A stretch of DNA of 62,237 nucleotides, filler included. It is 4 parts of 4 records of this genome, joined end to end, with 100 filler letters (N's around TTAATTAATTAA, not from the genome) between each part and the next. Parts side by side here need not be neighbours in the genome. Positions count along the whole stretch, not along the records: positions 27,492 to 47,761 come from DRR723986_6718; 3 more parts are not named here. The stretch is one strand, 5' to 3'. Below, one piece after another: positions 31,594 to 43,500 of the stretch. The notes beneath the pieces are model-generated. The model was not told where the DNA came from. It saw only the letters and a program-made list of their open reading frames with translations, and did no database searches. Made by a program: the position numbers and the translations under genes. Numbering within the stretch: position 1 is the stretch's first letter; each line of letters begins with the position of its first letter.

Positions 31594-31989
31594 TTAATGA
31601 CAACGCGCCAACAAGTCTTTGAACATGTTAATTGTCACGGGCTTAAGCAGGTAGTCCTGGACGTTGCTGTAGCTGCCGGCTTTCTCGGTGTCGCGCACAT
31701 CCACGGAAGACGTCAGGATAAAGAGTTGAACATCCTGGTGCTGCGGGATTTTTACAAATTCGTCCAGGAATTGCCATCCATCCATTATCGGCATATTAAT
31801 ATCCAGCAGGATTACGTCCGGCAATTTTGCGCCGGCCTTCTGTTCCGACTCAATTTGTTGGATGGCATCCAGCCCGTTCTCAAAAACTCGCAGAGTTTCG
31901 CAAAACTCTAACTTTTTGAGAATGCGTTTAGCGCCAAAAACGAGAACTTTGTCATCGTCAATCAGATATGTGCAGTCTATTTTTTTCAT
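31594..31989 (-). CDS. Single-domain response regulator
   Basis: LIDDD, PDVILLDINMPIMDGWQFL, LTSS, KP; overlaps the 3' end of the kinase. Confidence 0.96.
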   Translation of the reverse strand: MKKIDCTYLIDDDKVLVFGAKRILKKLEFCETLRVFENGLDAIQQIESEQKAGAKLPDVILLDINMPIMDGWQFLDEFVKIPQHQDVQLFILTSSVDVRDTEKAGSYSNVQDYLLKPVTINMFKDLLARCH

Positions 31990-33874
31990 GTTTCAGATAG
32001 ACCGAAAAAGTTGTTCCTACATCGACTTGGCTATCAGTTTCGATTTTACCGCCCATGGCTTCTACCTGATTCTTCGTTATAAACAGACCAATGCCACGCG
32101 CATCCGGATTATTGTGGAAGGTCTTGTACATACCAAACAGTTTGGCACCATTGCGCTCAAGGTCGATGCCCAGGCCGTTATCCTCAACGTGTAATACCAC
32201 GTAGGGCGCCTGGACTTCAGTGCGCAGCGTAATCTGTGCTTCACGCTCAGGGGAGCGATACTTTATCGCATTGGTTATCAGGTTGAGCACAATACTGTCA
32301 AGGTATGCCGGGATTGCGCTCACATGCAGGTCGCGATTAACAAAGCTGTTAATCTTGACTTTTGTCTCAAGCGCCAGGCCTTTAATATTCTCAAGTGTGC
32401 TATCGATTGTGGCCGAGAGTTCCAGTGGTTCCAGACTACCGATTGTGCGGGTATTAATCTGGACGACTTCAGTTAAATGCAAAATTGTGTCCTGCAGCGC
32501 ATCAACTGCCGTCTGCAGGATCGGAAAGTAGTCATTGTTAGTTGCCTCGGGAAGCTCACTCTCCATTAGCTCCAGCAGCATAGATAAGTTGCCCGAATGG
32601 GAGCGCAGATTATGCGAGACGATATGTGCAAAGTTGAGCAGACGGTGATTTTGATCCGTCGTAATGTCCAGCAGTGCTTTGACTTCGTTTTCCGCCGCCT
32701 TCTTCTTTGTGATGTCAGCGGAATACATCAGTAATCCGCCAATTTTCCCGAGGTGGTTAAACCAGGGGCGCACCTCCCAGGCCGTCCAACGCAGCTCACC
32801 GTTGGCCTGCTCAGTGCGGTCTTCATCGCGTTTGATGGAAGCGCCGGCCAGACATCTTTCAAAGATGTTTTGCCACTTGCTCTCCGGATCATCCAGGACT
32901 TCAGTAAATGCTTTGCCGGTCGCGCTCGCCAACTCCGGACAGTAATCCTGCAGCCATTGCCTGGAAGCCGCCAGAACGCGCAGCTCCCGGTCAAACATCG
33001 CCAGTGATGACGGAGCCTGGTCTATAAAGAGGCGTTTGCGCTCGCTGTCATTCCTGAGTAATTCTTCAGCCAGTTTGCGGTTGGTGATGTCGATCTGCGA
33101 GCCGGTCATCAGCAGGGGCAGGCCTTCGGCACTGCGGTTGACCACACGGCCTTTGGATTCGACCCAGATCCAGTGGCCTTCCAGGTGCCGCATCCGCACT
33201 TTAATCTTAAAATGCTCCTGCTTTTTTTCCAGATGCTGTTGCATCTGAGTGCGCAGCTGAGCCTGGTCGTCGGGGTGTACAAAACTCATCCATTGTTCAA
33301 AGTCCAGCCCCTGCAACTCGTCCAGGCTGCGCCCGATACTGGCGGCCCAGATATCGTTAATCTCAATGCTGTCGGCTTGTACGTTCCAGTACCAGGTGCC
33401 GATGTCCGCACCCTCTATAACGTGGTCATAATATTCAATCCGCTTGCGCAATTGGGCTTCCGACTCTTTCTGGACGCTGATATCTGTGTGCGCACCCAGC
33501 ATGCGCACTGGTTTGCCATCTTCGTCGCGCACGGCCATGCCGCGGCAGCGAATCCAGACTGATCCACCATTTTTGTGTTCGTAGCGTACAATCTGGTCAT
33601 AGGGGTGCTTGGGATCGGCGCAGTGTTTTTCAAAGTTTTCAAAGGCCACCATCAGGTCTTCCTGATGAATGATATTTTGCCAGGCTGCGGCCTTGTGTGG
33701 CATCTCAGCCGGATCATATCCGAGCGTTTCCCAGAAGCGCGCATTCATCCATTCGTTTTCTGGACTCTCTAAATCCCAATACCACAGGCCGTCCAGCGCC
33801 GACTCCTGCAGAAAGTTGAAGATTTCGTCGTCGTGTTTAATCAGCGTGTATAATTCTTGTTTCAGGTAGTTCAT
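31958..33874 (-). CDS. Cytoplasmic multi-PAS histidine kinase
   Basis: Three PAS/PAC units; H-box NFAHIVSHNLRSH; NLITNAIKY, DNGLGID, GIGLF, GTTF; no TM segment. Confidence 0.96.
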   Translation of the reverse strand: MNYLKQELYTLIKHDDEIFNFLQESALDGLWYWDLESPENEWMNARFWETLGYDPAEMPHKAAAWQNIIHQEDLMVAFENFEKHCADPKHPYDQIVRYEHKNGGSVWIRCRGMAVRDEDGKPVRMLGAHTDISVQKESEAQLRKRIEYYDHVIEGADIGTWYWNVQADSIEINDIWAASIGRSLDELQGLDFEQWMSFVHPDDQAQLRTQMQQHLEKKQEHFKIKVRMRHLEGHWIWVESKGRVVNRSAEGLPLLMTGSQIDITNRKLAEELLRNDSERKRLFIDQAPSSLAMFDRELRVLAASRQWLQDYCPELASATGKAFTEVLDDPESKWQNIFERCLAGASIKRDEDRTEQANGELRWTAWEVRPWFNHLGKIGGLLMYSADITKKKAAENEVKALLDITTDQNHRLLNFAHIVSHNLRSHSGNLSMLLELMESELPEATNNDYFPILQTAVDALQDTILHLTEVVQINTRTIGSLEPLELSATIDSTLENIKGLALETKVKINSFVNRDLHVSAIPAYLDSIVLNLITNAIKYRSPEREAQITLRTEVQAPYVVLHVEDNGLGIDLERNGAKLFGMYKTFHNNPDARGIGLFITKNQVEAMGGKIETDSQVDVGTTFSVYLKHEKNRLHISD

Positions 33875-34506
33875 GGTGAAATTATCGGTCGGAAGTGTGT
33901 TAATCTAAAGTAGACCCGATTGTGCACAATGGCTCCGCAGCAGGTCAACTTCACTGTTTACGCGTACATCAAAATTTTCTGCAGTCGGCTCAAGTGACTG
34001 CGGCACAAAACAAATATTGCCCGCCTAATATCAGGCCATTGCGCGAATTTACGTCGATTAAGTCGATTCTGCAAAATAGCATAATTAAACAAATATTTCA
34101 GGCTGATATGTAGCGTGGTTTTGGATGGCAGGCAGGCATGAGCGCTTCGCCGACGATGACTTCCGGCTTGCTTGTTTCTTTTTGTTAGTTGTTGGTGCGG
34201 CAGCCTCAAATGTTCGATGGATCAGTGACTGAAGGCTTTGAATCAACAGCTTCTGGATTGTAGCACAGTGACAAACAAAATCCTCAAAAAGCAAGCTGCC
34301 AAATGTAATGCAGGCCAGCGAAGCGCCGCAAGCAATCAGATCGACGAGTTTGCAATTCGCATTTGAATTTTCGGTGAACAGTAGATTTGGGTATATTGTG
34401 TGAGTCGTGTGTCTAATCCTGCCTTCCCATTGGATATATGGGCCTTACTTTGGTGTGCCAACCAAGAATAGTAAGTGCGCCCGCAGAATCTCGTTGCCAG
34501 TTTTAT

Positions 34507-37500
34507 ATGCACAAATCTGCTCGAAATTCCCGCATCTATGTTGGAATCGCCCCGCTGGTTTTGACCTTTTTCCTTTTGCTTGTATTGCCTCAGCAATTGG
34601 ATGCAGCTACTTACACTGTTACAAACCTGAACGACTCCGGTGCCGGCTCCTTGCGTGCAGCCATGGAGTCCGCCGCGGGAACCAGCGCTGACGATCGTAT
34701 CGAAATCACGGTTGTCGGCACCATAAGCGTTACGTCCGGCCAGATATTGATGCCGCGCACGGCGGGGAACGTAGAGATTGTCACGACTGGTACTGGTAGC
34801 GTCGTGATCGACGGATCGGGACAAACCGGGTCGCGGCTATTTGAAATTGAGCGTGATATCAGCGTTACGATTGCGGATCTGACGATTCAGAATTTTCAAC
34901 ACAATAGCGATGGCGGCGCAATTTTTAGCGATCGCAGTGATTTGACGATTTCGCGTTGTGTCTTCATCTCCTGTACAAGCGCAAACTCACGTGGCGGCGC
35001 GATCTTCTTTGACGACTCAGCTTTCAGTTCCGATATCACTCTGACGATTGAGGATTCGCGTTTTTTCCGCTGTTATGCTGATTCTCAGGGTGGAGCCGTT
35101 GCGGCGGATGCCAGCGGCGATCTGTTAGTGGCTACAAACTGCGTCTTTGAAGAAAACACGGCAAATATTTCCCAGGCGGGGGCTATCAAGTCCAACAGCC
35201 AGAGCTTACAAATCAGTGACTGTCTGTTCCTGAACAATTCCTCTCTCGGCAGTAATGGCGGAGCAATTGATATATCCGGCGCGGAATCTTCATATACGCG
35301 CTGCCAGTTCGTGGGCAATACCTGCGATAACAATGGTGGCGCACTGATTTTTTTGGGTGATTATACGATTGAAGACTGTCTGTTTGAGGCCAACGGCAGT
35401 ATCGGCAACAGTGGAACTACGCGCGGCGGTGCAATCGACTCCTGGAGCTCATCCGCCGGGGTTATTCGCAATTCAACATTCAAAAACAATTATGTCCTGG
35501 CTTCGAGTGGTGATGGCGGCGCACTTTATTTGTTGGGAGGTAGCAGTAATCCCGTGGTAGTTGAGGGTTGCACATTTGTTGGCAATACCTGCGGCGATAT
35601 TGGCGGCGCGATTTACCTGTCCAACGGACCCCATACGTTCAATAATTGCACCTTCAGCAACAATGCAGCCAATAATCACGGAGGAGCTGTTCATGCAGCG
35701 GGCAGCGTCAATATTACGGCCTGTACATTCACGCTCAACACGGCCGATAATGACCAGAATGGCAGTGGCGATGGCGGCGGAATCTACCGCGCCTCTGGCA
35801 CTGTTACTTTGACGTCCTGCATTGTTTCGGGTAACAGCGATAGCGCAAATGATCTGCCGGACGTGCGTGGAACCATCATTTCAGGCGGCTACAATTTTAT
35901 CGGTGATGTAGGGAGTGCCGATTTTTCGCTCAATACCACCGGCGATATCTATGGTGATCCGGATGCCAGCACATCACCAAATAGCGGTGCTACCGAATTT
36001 GCTACGTCAATTGATGCAGGCCTTGCGCCACTGACGAATAACGGCGGCACAACCGCCACACATATGCCGAATAATACTTCTACGCTCATCCTGGGGGCCG
36101 GTGCTCCTTCGGTAAGCGGCACTGACCAGAATGGTGTGACGCGCGGCGCTCCGGCAGACATTGGTGCAGCTGAATTCGTAGCAGCCACACGGATCGGTTT
36201 TGACGAGATAACTTACGGCACTGCCGGTTTTGACTTTGGTTTTTACGAAGCTGAGCCTTCGGCTCTGCTGCAACTTGATCTGGCATTCTTTGGTCCCAAC
36301 AGCATAGGTGCCGTCGCCTCGGCCGGCGCTAAAACCGTGACGGTCACCTTAAGCGGCAATGCTACGATTGCGAGTGTTAACGTGGGCGCAAGCCTGCTAA
36401 GCGACACGCAGTTTACCTTTGTGATGCCGGCGAATGTTACCTCCACAACTGTCCAGTTACATTTTGAGCGCAAGAGTCTTGGTGCGGCAGATATCACATT
36501 AACAGCTGCAGCAAGTGGATTAACATCTACGACTTTGAATGCGACGGTGCGCGGACGGCGATTTCGCTCAGTTGGAATTGTCAATTCTGAAGCAAAGATT
36601 AGCCGCCTTTCCGGCGGATTAACGACGATTGACGGCAGCGACGTTTTTGGATCCAGCATTGCGTATTTGGGCGATCTGGATGGTGATGGAGTTGGCGATG
36701 TTGCCGTCGGTGCTCCGGGCCGAACACCCGAAGGCTCGGTTTTTGTACTTTTTCTGAATTCCAATGGCACAGTTAAAAGTCAGGTTGAGATTGCCGAAGG
36801 TGGTATCGGCGGTTTTTTCGGCGAGCAGGATGCTGAAGGCAGCACCAACGGCAGACTTGGCTCAGGTCTTGCTGCGGTGGGTGATCTGGATGGCGATAAT
36901 GTTCCCGATCTGATTATCGGCGCGCGTTGTGATCAGGGGGCTCCATTTAACATCAGTGGCGTTGGAAGTGACTGTCATGGAGCAATATTCCTCTGTTACA
37001 TGCAGTCCGATGGAACTGTTAAACGGACAGTCAAGATCGATGACGACAATGCCGCATTGAGCCAATTCGCCGGCACACTGAATGAAGATGCCGGCTTTGG
37101 TGAAGATATCGCTGTTGTGGGCGATCTGGATGGCAATGGTGTGCTGGATCTTGCGGTTGGAGCGTATATCACATCTGCTTCAGGAAACAGCGGCTCCGTT
37201 TTTATTTTGTTTATGAAACGCGACGGTAGTGTGTTAAACACCGTGGAGCTGCGCGACAATGTTAATGGATTGCCCAGTGACTTTTCGGCATTGGACGGAG
37301 TTGGAAAATCAGTTGAAGCCCTTGGCGATGTGGATGGGGACGGTGTCCCTGACCTGGCGGTGGGAGTGCCTGGTGGTGATGACGGCAGCAATGAAAGCGG
37401 CGAGCTCTTCATTCTATTTATGAGCAATGATGGCACGGTCAGAGACTATCAGAAAATCAGTAATACCGACGGCATGGCAGCGGGAACGTTCCTTGCCGGT

Positions 37501-40500
37501 GGTCGCCTAGGCGAAGGTATCACCAATCTGGGTGATCTGGATGGTGATGGTGTTCCCGATATTGCCGTAGGTGCGTCAGAGGACGACGACGGCGGTACTT
37601 CGCGTGGGGCAGTTTGGATTCTGTTCCTTAACAGCGATGGAACAGCCAAAAGCCATCAGAAGATTAGCGACACGCGCGGCGGTTTTGCGACTGCGCTTGA
37701 CGATGGAGACGAGTTTGGGAGTGCTCTTGAGCTCATTCCCGATCTTGACGGCGACGGACGTCCACAGCTGGCGGTTGGTGCGACCGGTGATGATGATGGC
37801 AGTAGTAATGCAGGCGCAGTGTTTATTCTGGAGTTCGGCATTGCCGACCGCGTGGCATTTTCGACAACTGGCAGCGCAACGCAGGAATTGTTTAATGCCG
37901 GCCATAAAGAAGTTAAGCCCGGTGAATTACTGAATTTCACTGTTGGTTTTTTTGATGGAAGTACTGACGTACTCAAAAACATCAGCGCAACGACTCTGAC
38001 AATACAAATCGTTGAGACGGATGGGGCGACATTTGCCAGTATTGACGCCGCCGGCAGCAGTGTTGGTGAACGCGAATTTACGCTGGCAGTTCCGACGAAC
38101 TCAACCGCAATCACTGTGACTGGTATCTCGTTCGCCTGGGCCGGTACAAACCACACAAGTGCCACGCTGCGTGTGTTAAGTGGCGACTACACTTCGACTC
38201 AGGCTCTTTTGCGCGTGTTCCGTCCAACGATTGCGGTGCTGCCGCTGGTGGGGAGCACATCCGCCATCAGTGAAATCCAGGGGGGACTTAACATTGCTCT
38301 GGACGACGATTACTTTGGTGAAGGTGTCGACTATATCGGCGATCTGGACGGCGACGGGGTTACGGACATTGCGGTTGGCGCGATCCGTGATGATGACGGT
38401 GGGCTCGATCGCGGAGCGGTCTACATCTTGTTTATGAATGCTGACGGATCTGTACGAGAATCCAAAAAGATCGCTTCGGGCAGTCCCAATTTTGTCACAC
38501 TGGATAACAGCGACAATTTCGGCTATAGAATTTGCGGCATCGGCGATTTAAACGGCGATGCTATTCCTGATATCGCGGTTGGCGCCGAAGGTGACGATGA
38601 CGGTGGATCGGGGTATGGCGCACTCTACGTATTGTTTCTTAAGCGCGATGGAACCGTTAAATCAAGCCAGAAGATTAGCAACGGCAATGGTGGCTTTAGT
38701 GGGAATGACGACGTCAATGCTGCCTTTGGCGGTGGAATTGCCCGCCTTGGGGATATGGATGGTGATGGAATAACTGAACTGGCAGTTGGATCCTGGGGTG
38801 ATGATGATGGCGGTGATCGTCGTGGTGCCGTCTGGATTCTATTCATGAACTCTGACGGGACAGTTAAACAGGCGCAAAAAATATCGAGTACTTCCGGCGG
38901 TGTTGTTGCGGGGCTTGAGGACAGCGACTTTTTAGGGCGTGGAATCGCAAATATTGGTGATTTGAATCTTGATGGAGTGGTTGACATCGCCGTTGGCGCA
39001 TATGGCGATGGTGACGGCGGTGCAGGTTCGGGTGCCGTCTATATTCTTTTTCTGAATGCTGACGGCACCGTCAATTCACAGGCCAAACTTTCATCACTGA
39101 CGAGTAATGAGTTGAGCGGCATCGCCGCCGGCAGTCAGTTTGGCCGGGCTTTGGACTCACCGGGTGATGTTAACAACGATGGGATTAATGATTTGCTGGT
39201 TGGTGCGCCGGGTGCGGATATTGACGGATCCAACACCGGAGCATTCTGGCTGATCTATTTAAATCGTGACGGTAGTGCCAGGCAAACAGGGGTAATTTCA
39301 AACAACTCCGGACTTCTCGGACCGGTTTTGCAAGATGATTTGTATCTGGGCCGCTCGGTTGCAACATTTGGCGATCTCAACGAAGATGGGATTCCAGACT
39401 TCCTGCTTGGTGCACCACAGAGTGCTGATGGCGGAGCAAACAATGGCGCAGCCTATATTTTTTCGATGCGCGCAGCCAACGGCACTCTGGCTTTCAGTCC
39501 CGATCACACGTCAACTCCCTACGGAATCAATACTGGATGTTATGACGTCGATCAGGGCAGTGAAATCAATCTTAAGATAAGCCTGTACGACGCTCCCGGC
39601 ATTGCTGCGACACTTACAGAAGCAACGACGATTACACTCTCGATCCTGGAGTCGGGCCGCGCCACTTTTGCAAATGTTAGCGGCGCAGTGTTAACAAGTG
39701 AACGCAGCATAACGATCTCGGCACCGGTAGGGGCCAGTTCTGCCAGTATAACCTTGGCGATTGTTTGGCCTGACTTTCATTCAACTACGATCAGTCTGCG
39801 TTTAGAGAGTAATATGCTCTTGACTTCCACGCACTCAATTCGGGTGCGCGGGCCACGCACAGCTTCTCTGGGATTGGTTGCCAGTGAACAAAAGCTCGCC
39901 GAAAACTCGGGTAATATGACGCTCTTAAGTACCGGTTCGGCACTGGGAGAAGGGCTAAGCGGGCTCGGAGACATAGACGGCGATGGAATTGATGACCTCG
40001 TTGCCGGTGGTTCCAACTACGACAGCCCGTCCAATGGCGGAGCTATCTACATTCTACGCTTAAACAGCGACGGAACGGTTAAAACCAATACGAGAATCGC
40101 CAATGGCGAAAGCGGATTCGGCGGAACGATAAATGCGAATGATCGCTTTGGCAAAAGTGTTGCGAAAATTGCTGATTTGGACGGTGACGGAGTTGCGGAC
40201 CTGGCCGTGGGTGCCGATCACGGTGCAGCCAGTACTGATGGAGAACTCTGGATTCTCTTCCTGAATGCCGACGGCACTGTTAAGAGTGAACAAAACATTC
40301 GCGAAGGCCTTGGCGGATTTACAGGAACATTGGACGGCAGCGATCGCTTTGGTGCTAGCGTTGTTAGTCTTGGTGACGTGAATGGCGACGGAGTTGCAGA
40401 TATTGCTGTCGGTGCATCAGGTGACGATGACGGTGGCTCCGGCCGCGGTGCCGTCTGGATCCTATTCCTGCGAAACGACGGCACTGTTGCTGCGACACAA

Positions 40501-43500
40501 AAAATCAGTGATAGCCAGGGCACGTTTAGCGGTACGCTGGGCAATAACGATGCATTTGGCAGTTCACTTGCCGCGCTTGGTGATTTAAATGGCGACGGAA
40601 TCACGGAGTTAGCTGTCGGCGCAACCGGTGATGACGATGGCGGTAGCGCCAGAGGTGCCATCTGGATCCTGTTTTTGAATGCCAATGGAACGGTTAACAG
40701 CCATCAAAAGATTTCCTCGTCAGACGGCAACTTTACTGGTGTTCTAGAGAACAACGCTGCTCTGGGCAGTGGCTTGGGCGGACTGGGCGATGTTAATGGT
40801 GACGGAATCCCCGACCTGGCCGCCGGTGCTGAATTTGATTCTGATGGTTCGAATACTACCGGCTCAACATTCATTCTGTTGTTAAATGCCAATGGAACAG
40901 TTAAAGACACCAGAACGATTAATGAAGTCGACGGTAATTTTGGTGGCAACCTTGCCGCACTAGTGCGCTTTGGCAGTGAAGTCGCGCTGGTTGGTGATCT
41001 CGATGCCGATGGCCTGCCAAGTATCGCAATCGGTACGGCCGGCGATGATGAGGGCTCAGGCTCAAATCGCGGCGCAATCTGGATCGTTGAGTTGGAAGCC
41101 AGGGCAAACCTGGCTTTTTCGCGGCAAAATGTTAACAGACAGAATGGTGTTAATCTCGGCGAATATTCTGTAGCTTCGGGTGAGGAAATCGTAGTTGAAT
41201 TGGGAGCCTACAGCGGAACATCCGGCACACTTTCTGCGATTGGCTTTGCGCAGACCGTCACGCTCAGTATTGCCGAAACCGGGAGTGCCACCTTTGCAAC
41301 TGTGTCGTCAATTGGCACGCTGCTGAACGCAACAAGCATCACTTTCACTTTTGATAATGTCACGTCAACATCCATCAGCCTCGGTTTCAACTGGGAAGGA
41401 ACGCAACACACAAACATCACGCTACAAGCCAGTGCTAGTCTGTTTAATTCCACCAGCATGAGCCTGCGCGTCTTCCGGCCACAGCGTAACTCCAGCGGTA
41501 GAGTTAACAACAAAAGCAAAATTAGCGCAAGCGGCGGCGGTTTAACAGGCCCCTTGGCTAGCAACGAAAACTTCGGTAGCGCCGTAGATTTTATCGGTGA
41601 TGTTGATGGCGACGGAATCAGCGACATGGCGGTCGGCGCACGCTCCGATGATGACGGCGGCACCGATCGCGGAGCCGTCTATATACTATTCATGAATGCC
41701 GATGGCTCCGTGCGTGAAGAGTTTAAGATTGCCTCAGGCACGACCAACTTTGTAACGCTTGACAATAGCGACAATTTTGGAATCAGTGTTTCCGGTATTG
41801 GTGATCTGAATGGTGATGGGATTCCAGACCTGGCCGTTGGCGCACAGTCCGACGACGATGGCGGTTCCGATTTCGGCGCCGTGTACATTCTGTTTCTGCA
41901 AAACAACGGACATGTTAAATCGACCCAGAAAATCAGCAGCACCGTTGGCGGCTTCAGTGGCGGATCGGGTGTTAAGCCCAATTTTGGCATTGCTGTAGAA
42001 CGCATTGGAGACCTGAATGGCGATGGAGTAGTGGACCTGGCCGTCGGCGCCAGTGGTGACGACGACGGAGCCAGCGCTGCCGGCGCGGTCTGGATATTAT
42101 TCCTGAACGCCGACGGCACTGTTAAACGCGATCAAAAAATCTCAGCAAGCCAAGGTGGTTCTGTCAGTGGACTCGAAGCCGGCGATGGTTTTGGCCGGTC
42201 TATTTCTCTTGGCGGTGATTACAATTCGGATGGTATCCGCGATCTGGCAGTCGGTGCGCCGTTTGACGATGATGGTGCAAACAATACTGGTGCGGTATAT
42301 ATCTTGTCTATGAACAACGATGGCACCTTTGCTTCACAATCTAAAATCTCAGCTGATAGCGAGCCAACTCTGGTGGATGGCGCGGCATTTGGCTCCAGTA
42401 TTGTTAATCTCGGCGATTTGGACGGTGACGGCAATGAAGACCTGGGCGTCGGTGCGATTGCGCAGGATTCCGATGCCGGTGCCGTTTACCTGATGTTTAT
42501 GAATGGCAATGGATCAGTGCGCGCCTTAAGCAGCTTTGGACGCAATAGTGGCGGCTTCGGTGCCGGCCTGGCTGACGCTGATGCGTTCGGCGCTTCGCTC
42601 AGTCGGACAAATGACCTCAACGCGAATGGACTGCCGCAAATTGCTGTCGGTGTAACTGGCGATGACGATGGCATGCTCGCCGCCGGTGCAGTCTACATCG
42701 TTGAATTTGATGAAGGCCAGGAATCTCTGGCTTTTAGCACAACGGCTTCGAACCGGCTTAGCGGATTTAACCTGGGGGACTACGATGTATCGCCACAGGA
42801 ATCCGTCTCAATTGACCTGGGGCTCTTTGAGTTCAATGTCACACCTGCAAGTGAACTTGCAACTCCGGCCTCGGCAACCTCGATTACCCTCAGTATTGTT
42901 GAAAATAACAGCGCAACGTTTGCGCTTGTTAACCCGGCGAATGGAACAAGCAGCACCCTTGGCATTTCTATGGTAGGCGATGGGCGCACAGTCACCATCA
43001 GTGGCGTCTCTACCGGCCACGTAAATCTGAGTGCCGCGTTTAACTGGGATGGCAATTCTCATACCTCGGTGACGGTGACTGCGGCCGGCGCCGGGTTTAA
43101 TGGTACAAGCCTGAGTATCCGCATCTTTAGACCTCAAATTCCCAGTGATGGAGTCGTCGCAACCACAAGCCATATTAGTGCGACTTCTGGAGGATTGACA
43201 TCCTTTCTACAGCAGTACGGCGATTTTGGTGCTTCCGTTGAATTTATTGGTGATCTGGATGGTGACGGAATTGATGACATGGCGGTTGGCAGTCCAACCG
43301 ATAATGGTGGTGGACTATCAGAAGGAGCTGTGTTCATTGCATTTCTTAATAGCGATGGAACGGTTAAGTCGGAGCAAAAGATCAGTTCAACCAGCGGCAA
43401 CATGTCGTCCCTGCACAACTTCGAAAATTTTGGGAGCGCATTAGCGGCTATTGGTGATTTGAACGGCGACGGGATTCCTGATCTCGCTGTTGGGGCGGAA

